NCBI GenBank assembly: GCA_028826165.1
Contig: JAPDFW010000094.1
Coordinates: 124,001-188,000 of the forward strand
DNA: 64,000 nucleotides
From: Anaeramoeba ignava BMAN
Taxonomy: Eukaryota > Protista > Anaeramoebae
Reading direction: 5' to 3'
The position numbers were made by a program, and so were the translations under genes. Within the stretch, counting starts at the first letter, position 1. Each line of letters starts with the position of its first letter. Below, piece by piece: positions 25,226-37,353 of the stretch. A model generated the notes under the pieces. It did no database searches and was not told the DNA's origin. It saw only the letters and a program-made list of their open reading frames with translations.

Positions 25226-25792
25226 TTTTGAAAATGAAAAAAATGAAAAAAATGAATTTAATTTTTGAATTTTAATTTTAATTTTGATTTTAATTTTGAT
25301 TTTAATTTTAATTTTAATTTTAATTTTAATTTTAATTTTAATTTTGATTTTAATTTTAATTTTAATTTTAATTATGATTTTAATTTTAATTTTAATTTTA
25401 ATTTTGATTTTGATTTTAATTTTAATTTTAATTTTAATTTTAATATTAATTTTAATTTTAATTTTAATTTTAATTTTAATTTTAATTATGATTTTAATTT
25501 TGATTTTAATTTGAATTTTAATTTTAATTTTAATTTTAATTTTAATTTTAATTTTAATTTTAATTTTAATTTTAATTTTAATTTTGATTTTAATTTGAAT
25601 TTTAATTTTAATTTTAATTTTTAATTTTAATTTTAATTTTAATTTTAATTTTAATTTTAATTTTAATTTTAATTTTAATTTTAATTTTTAAATTTTAATT
25701 TTAATTTTAATTTTAATTTTAATTTTAATTTTAATTTAAATTTTAATTTTAAATTTAGATTTTAATTTTAATTTTAATTTTGATTATTAAAT

Positions 25793-27547
25793 TTAATTTT
25801 TAAATTTATTAATTAATAAATCAAATAAATTTGGATTTGTTTGATTTAATTGAAAATAATCAATTCCCCTTTCTAATTCTTTAATAATTTCTTGTGTAAT
25901 TTGAATTTCATCTTTAATTTGATTTGAATAAATCCAATATTCAAATATTTGAAATGATTTATTACTTAATCCACTATAATCTGTAACTTTATTAGATTTA
26001 TCTTCTGTTACAGATAAAAACATTCCTCGATATAATTCACTTCTCATTATTAATATTAATTTGGGAAATTTATATTGTTTTTCTTTTCTTTCAATTATAA
26101 AATCATTTTCATTTTCATTTAAATAAATTCTTTTCATTGTTTCTTCAATTTTTTCATTTGAATTTATAATTTCTTTAATTTCAAAATATTTTGGATTTAT
26201 TATTCTATTTGAATAAATCATTTCAAATATTTGATTTGATTCCTTAATTGATTTTTTTGAAATAATTTCTTGAAGTTTTTCAATTTGATTTTGATTTTGA
26301 TTTAATCTATATTTCAATATTAATTTATGAGCTGAGATTATTTCTCCATTTTTGGTTTTAAATGAAATATCACAAAATTCTTTTCTTCTAAATAATTTTA
26401 TCAAATCTTCTTCAAGATTAGAAAAAGAAAGAGAATAATAAAGAAATGAATTATCATATCCACAAGAAATATGATAATTGGAAATATTTTCATTAAATAT
26501 TAATTTAGGAAGCTCAATTTGAATTGGAATTAATTGATCATTTATATCTCCAGTTCCTAATTGACCATATTCATTATATCCAAATACTATCAATTTTGAT
26601 TTGGAAGTTAAAATCAAAGTATGAGCATTTCCAACAGAAAAATCAATAATATTATCATTTTCAAATAAAGATGATTTGATTTCAGTAAATTCATAAGTAT
26701 TTTCTCTGTATTTTTTGCCAAGTCCATTATTTTGATGATATCCACATGAATAAAGTTTTCTTTTTGGATTTTCATTTTCATTTTCAATCAATATTATTGA
26801 ATGAATACTTCCACATTGAATATCAATTATTTTACCTTTTGAAATATTTTGGATTTTGGTTAATTTTTGGATTTTTGTTTCTTTTCTTGATATTCCTAAT
26901 CCAAGTTGACCATATCTATTAGCACCGCATACAAATAATTCTTGATTTGAATTTAAAAGAAAAATATGTTCAGAAGCATTTCCTGAAAATATTTTAGAAA
27001 CATTTTTCATTATTAAAATTGGTTTTTGTGTTTTTGGAAGTGTTCTAGAATCAAAACCAAGTTGACCTGAATAATTTGAACCAATTCCATAAACATTTTG
27101 ATTTGAAGTTAATAAATAAATTGAATAAGCTCCAGAAACAATATCTTCAATTATTCTATCATTTTTATCTTTAATTAATGATGAAATATTGATAAATTCA
27201 TTTGAATTATTTGGATTGTTATTTTTTCTTTTGGCAAATACATTTCCTTCTTTTGTTAAAATAGCTTGATTATGAACACCAACAGTTACTTTTTGAATAT
27301 TTTCTTCAATTTGGATTTTTACAGGATTTTGTTTTGAATAATTTTCATTTAAATATTCTATTGCTTTTCCATTTTTAAAAAGGAAAATTGTTGATAAATA
27401 ACTTGATGAAATTTGTTTAATTTGTTTTTCATTTTCATTTTCATTTTCATTTTCAAATTTAAATTGAATTGGTTTTGTTATTATATTTGGTTCATTTTTT
27501 ATAAGTTTTGGATTTTGATTTGAACCAAAAAATATAATTTCATTCAT
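25793..27547 (-). CDS. RCC1-BTB-BTB protein, copy 4
   Basis: 584-aa intronless ORF with the same motifs. Confidence 0.92.
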   Translation of the reverse strand: MNEIIFFGSNQNPKLIKNEPNIITKPIQFKFENENENENEKQIKQISSSYLSTIFLFKNGKAIEYLNENYSKQNPVKIQIEENIQKVTVGVHNQAILTKEGNVFAKRKNNNPNNSNEFINISSLIKDKNDRIIEDIVSGAYSIYLLTSNQNVYGIGSNYSGQLGFDSRTLPKTQKPILIMKNVSKIFSGNASEHIFLLNSNQELFVCGANRYGQLGLGISRKETKIQKLTKIQNISKGKIIDIQCGSIHSIILIENENENPKRKLYSCGYHQNNGLGKKYRENTYEFTEIKSSLFENDNIIDFSVGNAHTLILTSKSKLIVFGYNEYGQLGTGDINDQLIPIQIELPKLIFNENISNYHISCGYDNSFLYYSLSFSNLEEDLIKLFRRKEFCDISFKTKNGEIISAHKLILKYRLNQNQNQIEKLQEIISKKSIKESNQIFEMIYSNRIINPKYFEIKEIINSNEKIEETMKRIYLNENENDFIIERKEKQYKFPKLILIMRSELYRGMFLSVTEDKSNKVTDYSGLSNKSFQIFEYWIYSNQIKDEIQITQEIIKELERGIDYFQLNQTNPNLFDLLINKFKN

Positions 27548-27639
27548 TTTTGAAAAAGAAAAAAAATGAAAAAAAATGATTTTAATTTTAATTTTAATTT
27601 TTAATTTAATTTTAATTTTGGATTTTAATTTTGATTTTG

Positions 27640-28270
27640 ATTTATTATTTTAAATAAATTTCCAAATTAAATATTAAATTAAATCTATTCTTATTTTTTA
27701 TATTTTTATATTAAATATTTAAATAATAAAATATTTAAATTTAAAACATTAAATTATTATTTTAAACATGGAATTAAATATTAAATTATATTTTTAAATT
27801 AATTTATAAATTAAATATTAAATTAAATCTATTTCCATTTTTTATATTTTTATGTTAAATATTTAAATAATAAAATATTTAAATCTAAAACATTAAATTA
27901 TTATTTTAATAATGAAATTAAATATTAAATTATTATTTTAAATAAATTTCCAAATTAAATATTAAATCAAATCTATTCTCATTTTTATATTTATATGTTA
28001 AATATTTAAATAATAAAATATTTAAATTTAAAACATTAAATTATTATTTTAAACATGGAATTAAATATTAAATTATATTTTTAAATAAATTTATAAATTG
28101 AATATTAAATTAAATCTATTTTCATTTTTTATATTTTTATGTTAAATATTTAAATAATAAAATATTTAAATCTAAAACATTAAATTATTATTTTAATAAT
28201 AAAATTAAATATTAAATTATTATTTTAAATTAATTTATAAATTAAATATTAAATTAAATCTATTTTCATT
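27640..28270. repeat. Intergenic tandem repeat, ~144-bp unit with alternating A/B variants
   Basis: aaatctatt recurs near 27681, 27825, 27970, 28112 and 28256. Units alternate between aaacatggaa and aataat(g)aa variants. Confidence 0.88.
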
Positions 28271-28321
28271 TTTTCATTTTTTTCATTTTTTCATTTTTTT
28301 CCTTTTGTTATTTTAGTTTCT

Positions 28322-30524
28322 ATGAAAAATTTTCCATCAATTATTAAAAAATTTGATGCTTATCCCAAAACAGATGAAGAATTCCGAATAAAAACATTTA
28401 GTGGAGCAATTGGTAAAATAATAAAATTTAACAAAAAAAAAATCTAAAAAAAAAATTTATTTCTTTTTTTAAATTAAAATAAAAATTAAAATTAAAATTA
28501 AAATAAAAATTAAAATTAAAATTAAGTTTCAATTATTTCTGGAGCAATTATGTTAATTTTATTTATCAATGAAATGGTTTTTTATTTAACACCTGAAGTT
28601 AAACAAGAACTTTATGTAGATCTTTCAAAAGGAGGAAAAATGGAAATAAATTTAAATATAACTTTTCCAGAAATTCCTTGTGATTGTATTTACTTTTATA
28701 ACATTTTAATCATTTATCTTTCAAGAATTAAAATTAAAATTAAAATTAGAATTAAAATTTAGAATTAAGATTAGAATTCATTTATAGAATTAAAATTAAA
28801 ATTAAAATTATTAATATTAAAATTAAAATTAAAATTAAAATTAAAATTAAAATTAAAATTAAAATTAAAATTAAAATTATTAAAATTAAATTAAAATTAA
28901 AATTAAAAATTAAAATTAAAAATTAAAATTAATATTAAAATTAAAATTAAAATTAAAATTAAAATTAATATTTAGAATTAAAATTAAAATTAAAATTAAA
29001 ATTAGAATTAAAATTAAAATTAAAATTAAAATAAAAATTAAAATTAAAATTAAAATTAAAATTATTAATATTAAAATTAAAATTAAAATTAATATTAAAA
29101 TTAAAATTATTAATATTAAAATTAAAATTAAAATTAAAATTAAAATTAAAATTAAAATTAAAAATTAAAATTAAAATTAAAATTAAAATTAAAATTAAGA
29201 TTTACATGTTGATGTACTTGATAGTTCTGGTGAAAGACAACTTGATGTAAATCAAAATTTAGATTTTCAACCAATTCAACAAACTTATTATGGTTATGAA
29301 AAAGGTAATAAATTTTCAAAAATAAAAATATAAAAATAAATATAAATTATTGATTAAAAAAAAATTAAAAAATTTTCCCAAATTCGAAAAATAGTTGAAC
29401 CAGAAAAAGATGATCGTTGTTTATCTTGTTATGGAGCAAAAGAGGGATGTTGTAATACTTGTGATAGTGTTAAAGCAGCATATTTTCAAAGAGGATGGTT
29501 ATTTGATCCAAAAAAAATTTCGCAAGTTTGAATTGAATTTAAATAACAAAATTTTATTCCAACTTTTTTGACATTTTTTTTCCGTTATTTTTTTTTGACA
29601 TTTTTTTTTAATCAATAATTTATTAGTGTCAAAAAAAGAATGAAATTCCTGCAAATTCTCCAGATGTTAACTATGGTTGTGAAATTTCAGGAAAACTTAT
29701 TGTTAATAAAGTTCATGGAAATTTTCATGTTGGATTAGGAAAAAGTTTCCAAAGTGGAAATCAACATTATCATGATTTTACTTTTGAATCTCTTCATCGT
29801 ATTAATTTATCTCATATAGTTCATACACTTTCTTTTGGAAATCCTTATCCAGGAATTATTAATCCATTAGATGGAACTTATTCTATACAAACATTTGATG
29901 GTATTAAAATCAATTAATTTAAAATTTATTTAAAATTTATTTAAAATTTATTTAAAATTTATTTAAAATTAAAAATCAAAATTAAAATTAAAATTAAAAT
30001 TAAAATTAAAATTAAAATTAAAATTTAAAATTTAAAATTAAAATTAAAATTAAAATTAAAATTAAAATTAAAATTAAAATTAAAATTAAAATTAAAATAA
30101 AAATTAAAATCAAAATTAAAATAAAAATTAAAATCGGAAAAAAATTAAAATCGGAAAAAAATTTTTTTAAATAAAAGGATCAATGATGTTTCAAAATTTT
30201 ATTACAGTTGTTCCTACTATTTATCAACCTACTTCTGGAGATCGAATTTTAACAAATCAATATTCAGTTTATGATTATTCAAGAGAAATTTACAAAGATT
30301 CAAATAATGGATTACCAGGAGTTTTTTTCTTTTTTGATTTTTCACCAATTGTTGTTCATTTACAAGAACAAAATAAAAGTTTTTTTCATTTTTTAACTCA
30401 ACTTTGTGCAATTATTGGTGGTGTTTTTACTGTTTCATCTTTAATTGATTCAGCAATTTATCGATGGTCACTTTTTAAAAAAAAAAGATCAACTAATTCA
30501 GATTTGCCAATTAAAAACAAATAA
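28322..30524 (+). CDS. ERGIC3: ER-Golgi intermediate compartment protein 3 (Erv46), about 6 exons
   Basis: KKFDAYPKTDEEFRIKTFSGA, INLNITFPEIPC, CLSCYGA..GCCNTCDSVKAAY..RGW, VNKVHGNFHV, NLSHIVHTLSFGNPYPGIINPLDG, TNQYSV, PGVFF.FDFSPI and LCAIIGGVFTV. Confidence 0.95.
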
Positions 30525-30690
30525 TTTTTCAACTTTTTGCTTTTTTCTTTTAAATTTTTTCTTTTAAATTTTTTTTTCCACTTTTTTCTTTCTTCATAAA
30601 AATTTTAATAAAATCTTTTTTTTTTTTAAATTTTTAAAATTCATTTTTTTTTTCTTTAATTTCTTTAATTTCTTTAATTTCTTATTAATT

Positions 30691-32832
30691 ATGGATATTA
30701 AAACTATTGCAATCGGTTCAGATCATGGAGGTTTTCCAATGAAAAGTGAAATTATTCCTTTTATTGAATCAATGAAAATTGAAGTTAAAGATGTTGGTTG
30801 TTTTAATACAGAAAGTGTAAAAACATTTTCATAATTAAATTTATAATTAAATTAAATTTATAATCAATAATTTTTCTTTTAAAAATAGTGTGATTATCCT
30901 GATTTTGCAGAAAAAGTTTGCAATTTAGTTGTATCAAAAGAAGTTGGTAAATTTGATCAACAAATTTATAAACAAAATTATAAACAAATTTATAAACAAA
31001 TTTATAATTAAATTTATAAACAAATTTATAAACAAATTTATAAACAAATTTATAAACAAATTTATAAACAAATTTATAAACAAATTTATAAACAAATTTA
31101 TAAACAAATTTATAATTAAATTTATAAATAAATTTATTCAAAATTTATTCAAAATTTATTCAAAATTTATAAACAAATTTATAAACAAATTTAACAACAA
31201 ATTTATAAACAAATTTATAAACAAATTTATATCTAAATTTATAAACAAATTTATAAACAAATTTATAAACAAATTTATAAACAAATTTATAAACAAATTT
31301 ATAAACAAATTTATAAACAAGTTTATAAACAAATTTATAAACAAATTTATAAACAAGTTTATAAACAAATTTATATCTAAATTTATAAACAAATTTATAA
31401 AAATTTATAAACAAATTTATATCTAAATTTATAAACAAATTTATAAAAATTTATAAACAAATTTATAAACAAATTTATCAACAAATTTATAAACAAATTT
31501 ATAAACAAATTTATAAACAAATTTATAAACAAATTTATAAACAAATTTATAAACAAATTTATAAACAAATTTATAAACAAATTTATATACAAATTTAACA
31601 ACAAATTTATAAACAAATTTATAAACAAATTTATATCTAAATTTATAAACAAATTTATAAACAAATTTATAAACAAATTTATAAACAAATTTATAAACAA
31701 ATTTATAAACAAATTTATAAACAAATTTATAAACAAGTTTATAAACAAATTTATAAACAAATTTATAAACAAGTTTATAAACAAATTTATAAACAAATTT
31801 ATAAACAAATTTATAAACAAATTTATAAACAAATTTATAAACAAATTTATAAACAAATTTATAAACAAATTTATAAACAAATTTATAAACAAATTTATAA
31901 ACAAATTTATAAACAAATTTATAAACAAATTTATAAACAAATTTATAAACAAATTTATAAACAAATTTATAAACAAATTTATAAACAAATTTATAAACAA
32001 ATTTATAAACAAATTTATAAACAAATTTATAAACAAATTTATAAACAAATTTATAAACAAATTTATAAACAAATTTATAAACAAATTTATAAACAAATTT
32101 ATAAACAAATTTATAAACAAATTTATAAACAAATTTATATCTAAATTTATAAACAAATTTATAAACAAATTTATAAACAAATTTATAAACAAATTTATAA
32201 ATAAATTTATAAACAAATTTATAAACAAATTTATATCTAAATTTATAAACAAAATTATATCTAAAATTATATCAAATTTATAAACAAATTTATAAGCAAA
32301 TTTATAAACAAATTAATATTAAAATTTATATTTAAATTTATATCTAAATTAATATTAAAATTTATATTTAAATTTATATCTAAAATTATATCTAAAATTA
32401 TATCAAAATTTATAAATAAAATTATATCTAAAATTATATCTAAAATTATATCAAAATTTATAATTAAAAAATTTGTTTAGATTTGGGAGTTTTAATTTGT
32501 TCAACTGGAACAGGAATGTCAATTGCTGCTAATAAAGTTAAAGGAATAAAATGTGCACTTGTTCATGATCATTTTACAGCTAAAATGTCAAGAAAAGTAA
32601 ATGTCAATTTTGATTTTTTGATTTTTTTCTTTAATCTTTAATTAAATTTTCATTTTTAAAAAAGCATAATGATGCTAATGTCGTTGCATTTGGAGGAAAA
32701 GTAATTGGAATTGAAGTTGCAAAAGAAATTATTGAAGCTTTTTTTACAAATTCTTTTGAAGGAGATCGTCATTCAAGAAGAGTTAATAAAATTAATCAAA
32801 TTGAAGAAAAACAAAAACAAAAACAAAATTAA
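30691..32832 (+). CDS. rpiB: Ribose-5-phosphate isomerase B (RpiB/LacAB family), 4 exons
   Basis: Spliced MDIKTIAIGSDHGGF...ES|CDYPDFA...|DLGVLICSTGTGMSIAANKVKGIKCALVHD...SRK|HNDANVVAFGGKVIG...FEGDRHSRRVNKI. Confidence 0.95.
30947..32480. repeat. 1.5-kb RpiB intron 2 filled by the 12-bp satellite AAATTTATAAAC
   Basis: Roughly 100 near-perfect units between GT at 30947 and AG at 32480. Confidence 0.95.
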
Positions 32833-33009
32833 CATTTACAAAATTAAAAAAACAAAAACAAAATTAAAATAAAAATTTTTTTCCTTTTTTTTAGAAATCA
32901 TTTTTTTCTTTTTTCCAATTTTAAAAAAAACAAAAAAGAGAAAGAGAATTGTTTTATTTTTTTTCTTTTAAGATAAAATTTTCAAAACATTTGACATTTA
33001 AATTACTTT

Positions 33010-36000
33010 ATGGGAGTTCCAAAATTTTATAGATGGTTAGTTGAAAGATATCCTTCAGTTGTTCAAAAATTAAAATCAGATAATATTCCAGTTTTTGGTA
33101 AACAATTTAATTTATAAAAAATTTATAAAAATTAAAAACAAAAATTTTTTTTTTATTTTTTTTTTAGATAATTTTTATCTTGATTTTAATGGTGTTATTC
33201 ATAATTGTACACATCCTGAACAATTTGAAAAAGATATTAATTATGTAAAACCTTTAGAAGAAATGGTTTCTGATATTTTTGAAGTTATTTCAATTTTATT
33301 CAATATTATTAAACCTAAAAAGCTTCTTTATATTGCAGTTGATGGTAATCAATTAATAAAATTAAAATTGAATTAAATTTAAAATTCATTTCAAAATTGA
33401 ATTAAAAAAAAAGGTGTCGCTCCTCGTGCTAAAATGAATCAACAACGTTCTCGTAGATTTTGTTCAGCAATGGCAGCTGAAAAAGCAATTCAAAATGCAA
33501 AATCAAAAGATCCACTGTTTCAACCACCAGAAAAATTTGATTCAAATTCAATCACACCAGGAACAAAATTTATGGTCACTTTAAACAAGCAATTAGAATA
33601 TTTCATCCAATACAAAATTAAACATGATTTATTATGGCAAAATATTGATATTGTTCTCAGTAGCCACCAAGTTCCAGGCGAAGGAGAACATAAAATCATG
33701 GAGTATATCCGAACACAAAAAGCAAATAACAAATTCGCTGCAGATGAAACACATTGCATTTATGGAAAGGATGCTGATCTTATCATGCTCACATTGGCAA
33801 CACACGAACCTCACTTTGCAATTTTGAGAGAAACTATTGATTTCGGTTCCTATTTCAGAAAATTCACAAAACCTCAAATACGCAAAGATCCTATTGAAAA
33901 TTTCGAACTTCTGCAAGTTGGTCTTTTGAGAGAATATTTATTCATGGACTTTTCAATTCCGCTTCAATCAACAATAGATTCATTTCCTGATTTCCGTAAA
34001 AGATTTGATTTCGAAAGAATTATTGATGATTTTGTGTTTGTTTGCTTCATTATCGGAAATGATTTTATTCCTCATCTTCCAATGTTCGATATTTATGAGG
34101 GTAGTCTCGATAAATTGATTGAACTTTATTCGAGATTTTTCTTAGAATTTGGATTTATTGTTGAAAGTGCCGAAATTAATATTGAAAATTTAGAGAAATT
34201 TTTAAATCAAGCATCGAAATTATTAGATAAAGAAATTTCTAAAAATGAAGAAAATAAAAAGAGATTGAGAGAAATTATTGAAAGCAAAAATAAAATTATT
34301 AATAGTGATGGAACTAAAAATGAAAATGAAAATGAAAATGAAAATGAAAAGAAAAAGAAAATAATGGAAATGAAAATGGAGATGGAGATGTTTTTGGTAT
34401 ATCAATTTTGAATAATCTTGAAAATCAACAAAACGATAATCAAAAAAAGCAAATCCCAGTAAAAAATCAAAACCAAAACCAAAACCAGGATTCATCTCCA
34501 CAAGTTATTCTTGATTCTTATTACACTCTTAAATTTGGAAATCAAGTCAAAGATCCTAATTTTAAAACCAAATTAATTCAATCATATCTTGAAGGATTAT
34601 CATGGGTTCTTCATTATTATTATAATGGATGTGCTTCTTGGAGTTGGTTTTATCCTTTCCATTATGCGCCCCTAATTTATGATCTTGTAAATTTGAAGGA
34701 TTATCACATAGAATTCAATACAGATTCACAACCAAACACACCATATGAACAACTTCTTATGGTTTTACCACCATTTTCATCGCCATGTCTTCCAGATTCA
34801 TATGCAGAATTAATGCTCGATACAACAAGTCCCATTTTTGGTTTTTATCCAAGAAAATTCCAAATTGATCCAAATGGAAAGAGAAATGAATGGGAATATG
34901 TTACTCTTCTTCCATTTGTTGATGAAAAAGAGGTTAAACACGCAATTAAATACACAAGAGCAAATACAAAATTAACGGAAGTTGAAAAAAAAGCAAATGA
35001 TTTAATGTCTGCTGTTGTTTTCAGATACAGTAATTCCTCCAAGATTGATCTTGTCGAATCACCTTTACCAATATACCCATCTCTTAGGAATGTTCCTTGT
35101 GTTGCTGTGAAACAGAAATTAAAGGGAAAATCAAAAGCTTCTTTTATACCAAAACTCCGAGAAGGAACCAAGGTTGGTCTCAACAATCCAAAGTTTTTTC
35201 CTAGTTTTGGGTTTATTCAAAATACTGGGAAACTAGAATTTGCTGGTGTTTATGTTACTGGAAGAAAAGCAAGAAAGATAAGTTTAATTGTTCATATTCA
35301 AAAAGAAGATGAGTTACAAAATGAAGATCTTTCAAAATTAATTGGTAATTTTCTTCAATTATTTAATTTAATTTAATTTATTAATTTATTTCATTCATTT
35401 CATAATAGATTCAAAATGTTTAGTTAATTATCCATTTTATCAACTTGGAGTAATTATCCAAATTCAGGATGAAAACCAAAATTTTACATCTAAAAATTAT
35501 CCCATTCAAGAAAATCAATATTTTTTTCAAAAATCGTGCCAAGGTCTCCGTGAATATTTAATTGAAAAAAAAGGAATTCATGTTGAAACTGATATTCATC
35601 ATATTGTCACAATTCAAACAGAAACAGGAATTTTTAAAGAACCATTACAATTAATTCAACTTGATCCTAAAATTATCCAAAAATTTGAAAAGAAAACACA
35701 AAGAATTATAAGAAAATTTAACAATTCCAAGTGTGTATTTTTAGGTTCAAATTATACATGTTACAAAGGAAGAGTTATTTCAAAAACATCAGATAATAAA
35801 TTCAATATTGAAATCAAAACAAAACCACGTTTTTTTCCTGATCTTCCTTATTATACAATGATGGAAATGGGATGGAAAAAGCCAGACATACTTGCAAGAC
35901 AACTTAGTCTTTCATATAATGTTTTTCAATTTATTACTGGGATGTTAAGAATAGGAGATCATAATTTTGGACTTCAACTTTGGAATCAAAAAGAAAAAAC

Positions 36001-37244
36001 ATTTAAACCTGGTTATTTCCGTGTTTCAACTCGATACGGTAACTAAATTTCAAAATGAATTTCAAAATGAATTTTAATTTTAATTTTCATTTTAATAAAA
36101 TTTAGATGATTGGGTTTGTAGTCCTGATACACAACAACTTGTTGATGATTATATGGTAAAATTTCCAGAACTTTTTATAGCTCTTAATAAAAACGGAACA
36201 AGACACAGATCATTGGGAACACTTTTTAAAGGAGTTAAAATTGAAAAACCAACAAAATATGCAGAAGAAGTTAAGAAATGGATTGAATCTCTTCGTTCAA
36301 CACAACTTGAAATGGAAATTGAAGGATATTTTACATGCCATTATTCATATTTACCCAAACTTGAAAATCAAATCCAAGAAAAATTAACAAAATATAAAGA
36401 AAATTTACGAATCGAAAAATTAAATCAAAATTTAAGTCAAAGTTTAAGTCAAAATTTAAATCCGAATGTTAAAAGAATCAACCAAGTTTCTTATGAATCA
36501 ATATTTATATTTTCTGATTTCCCAAGAATTCGGAAAATAATCCCAAAAGGTTTCCATTTTGGAGAAAGAGTTATGAATATAAGCTCTTCAGGTTCAGTTC
36601 CATTTGGCTTTGAAGGTGTTATTGTTGGAGTTAATTTAAAGAAAAGAACTGTTGATGTTTTATTTGATAAACAATTTCCAGGTGGTTCGCAATTAAATTT
36701 TTTATTATCTTCAAGAAGATTACAACAACTTAATTATTCAGATATTATTTTTATTCGTCAACCCAAATCAAATCAAAATAATGATTTTAAAAATTTAATT
36801 GAATTTTCAGAAAGTGAATCATCAGATTCAAGCGAAATTGAAACGAATCAAAATCAAAATCCATTTCCAAATCGAATTTTAACTCCAAATCATTTATTTG
36901 TTCAAAATCAATTTTTAAATCCAAATCCAAATCAAAATCAAAATCAAAATCAAAATCCATTTCCAAATCAAAATCCATTTCCAAATCAAAATCCATTTCC
37001 AAATCAAAATCCATTTCCAAATCGAATTTTATCACCAAATCAATTTTCAAATACATTTATAAATCAATTCCAATTTCAAAATCAAAATCAAAATCAAAAT
37101 CGATTCCAAATTCAAAATCAAAATCAATTTCAAAATAGAAAGAAAGTTAAAAAACAAAATCAAGATTTTCTTAAAATTTGGGAATTTTTTAAAATTCAAC
37201 ATCAATCAGAATTTGAAGCTACAATTACAATTACAGAAAAATAA
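33010..37244 (+). CDS. XRN1: 5'-3' exoribonuclease 1, about 5 exons, apparent 1-bp frameshift near 34348
   Basis: MGVPKFYRWL, DNFYLDFNGVIHNCTH, AVDG|VAPRAKMNQQRSRRF, FDSNSITPGT, PGEGEHKIM, GNDFIPHLP, WVLHYYYNGCASWSWFYPFHYAP. The XRN1-specific C-terminal GERVMN...VPFGFEGVIVGV is present. Confidence 0.95.
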
Positions 37245-37353
37245 AACAAAATTCTTTTCTTTTCTTTTCTTTTCTATTCTTTTCAAATAAAATTTTTTTT
37301 CATTTTCATTTTTAAAAAAATTCATTTTTTTTCTTTTATTTTCTTTTTTTAAA

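Noticed and set aside
19436-27547. Diversity-generating retroelement behind RCC1 loop variation
   Set aside because: No reverse transcriptase or non-coding template repeat is present in the window, and the changes include indels and are not evidently adenine-restricted.
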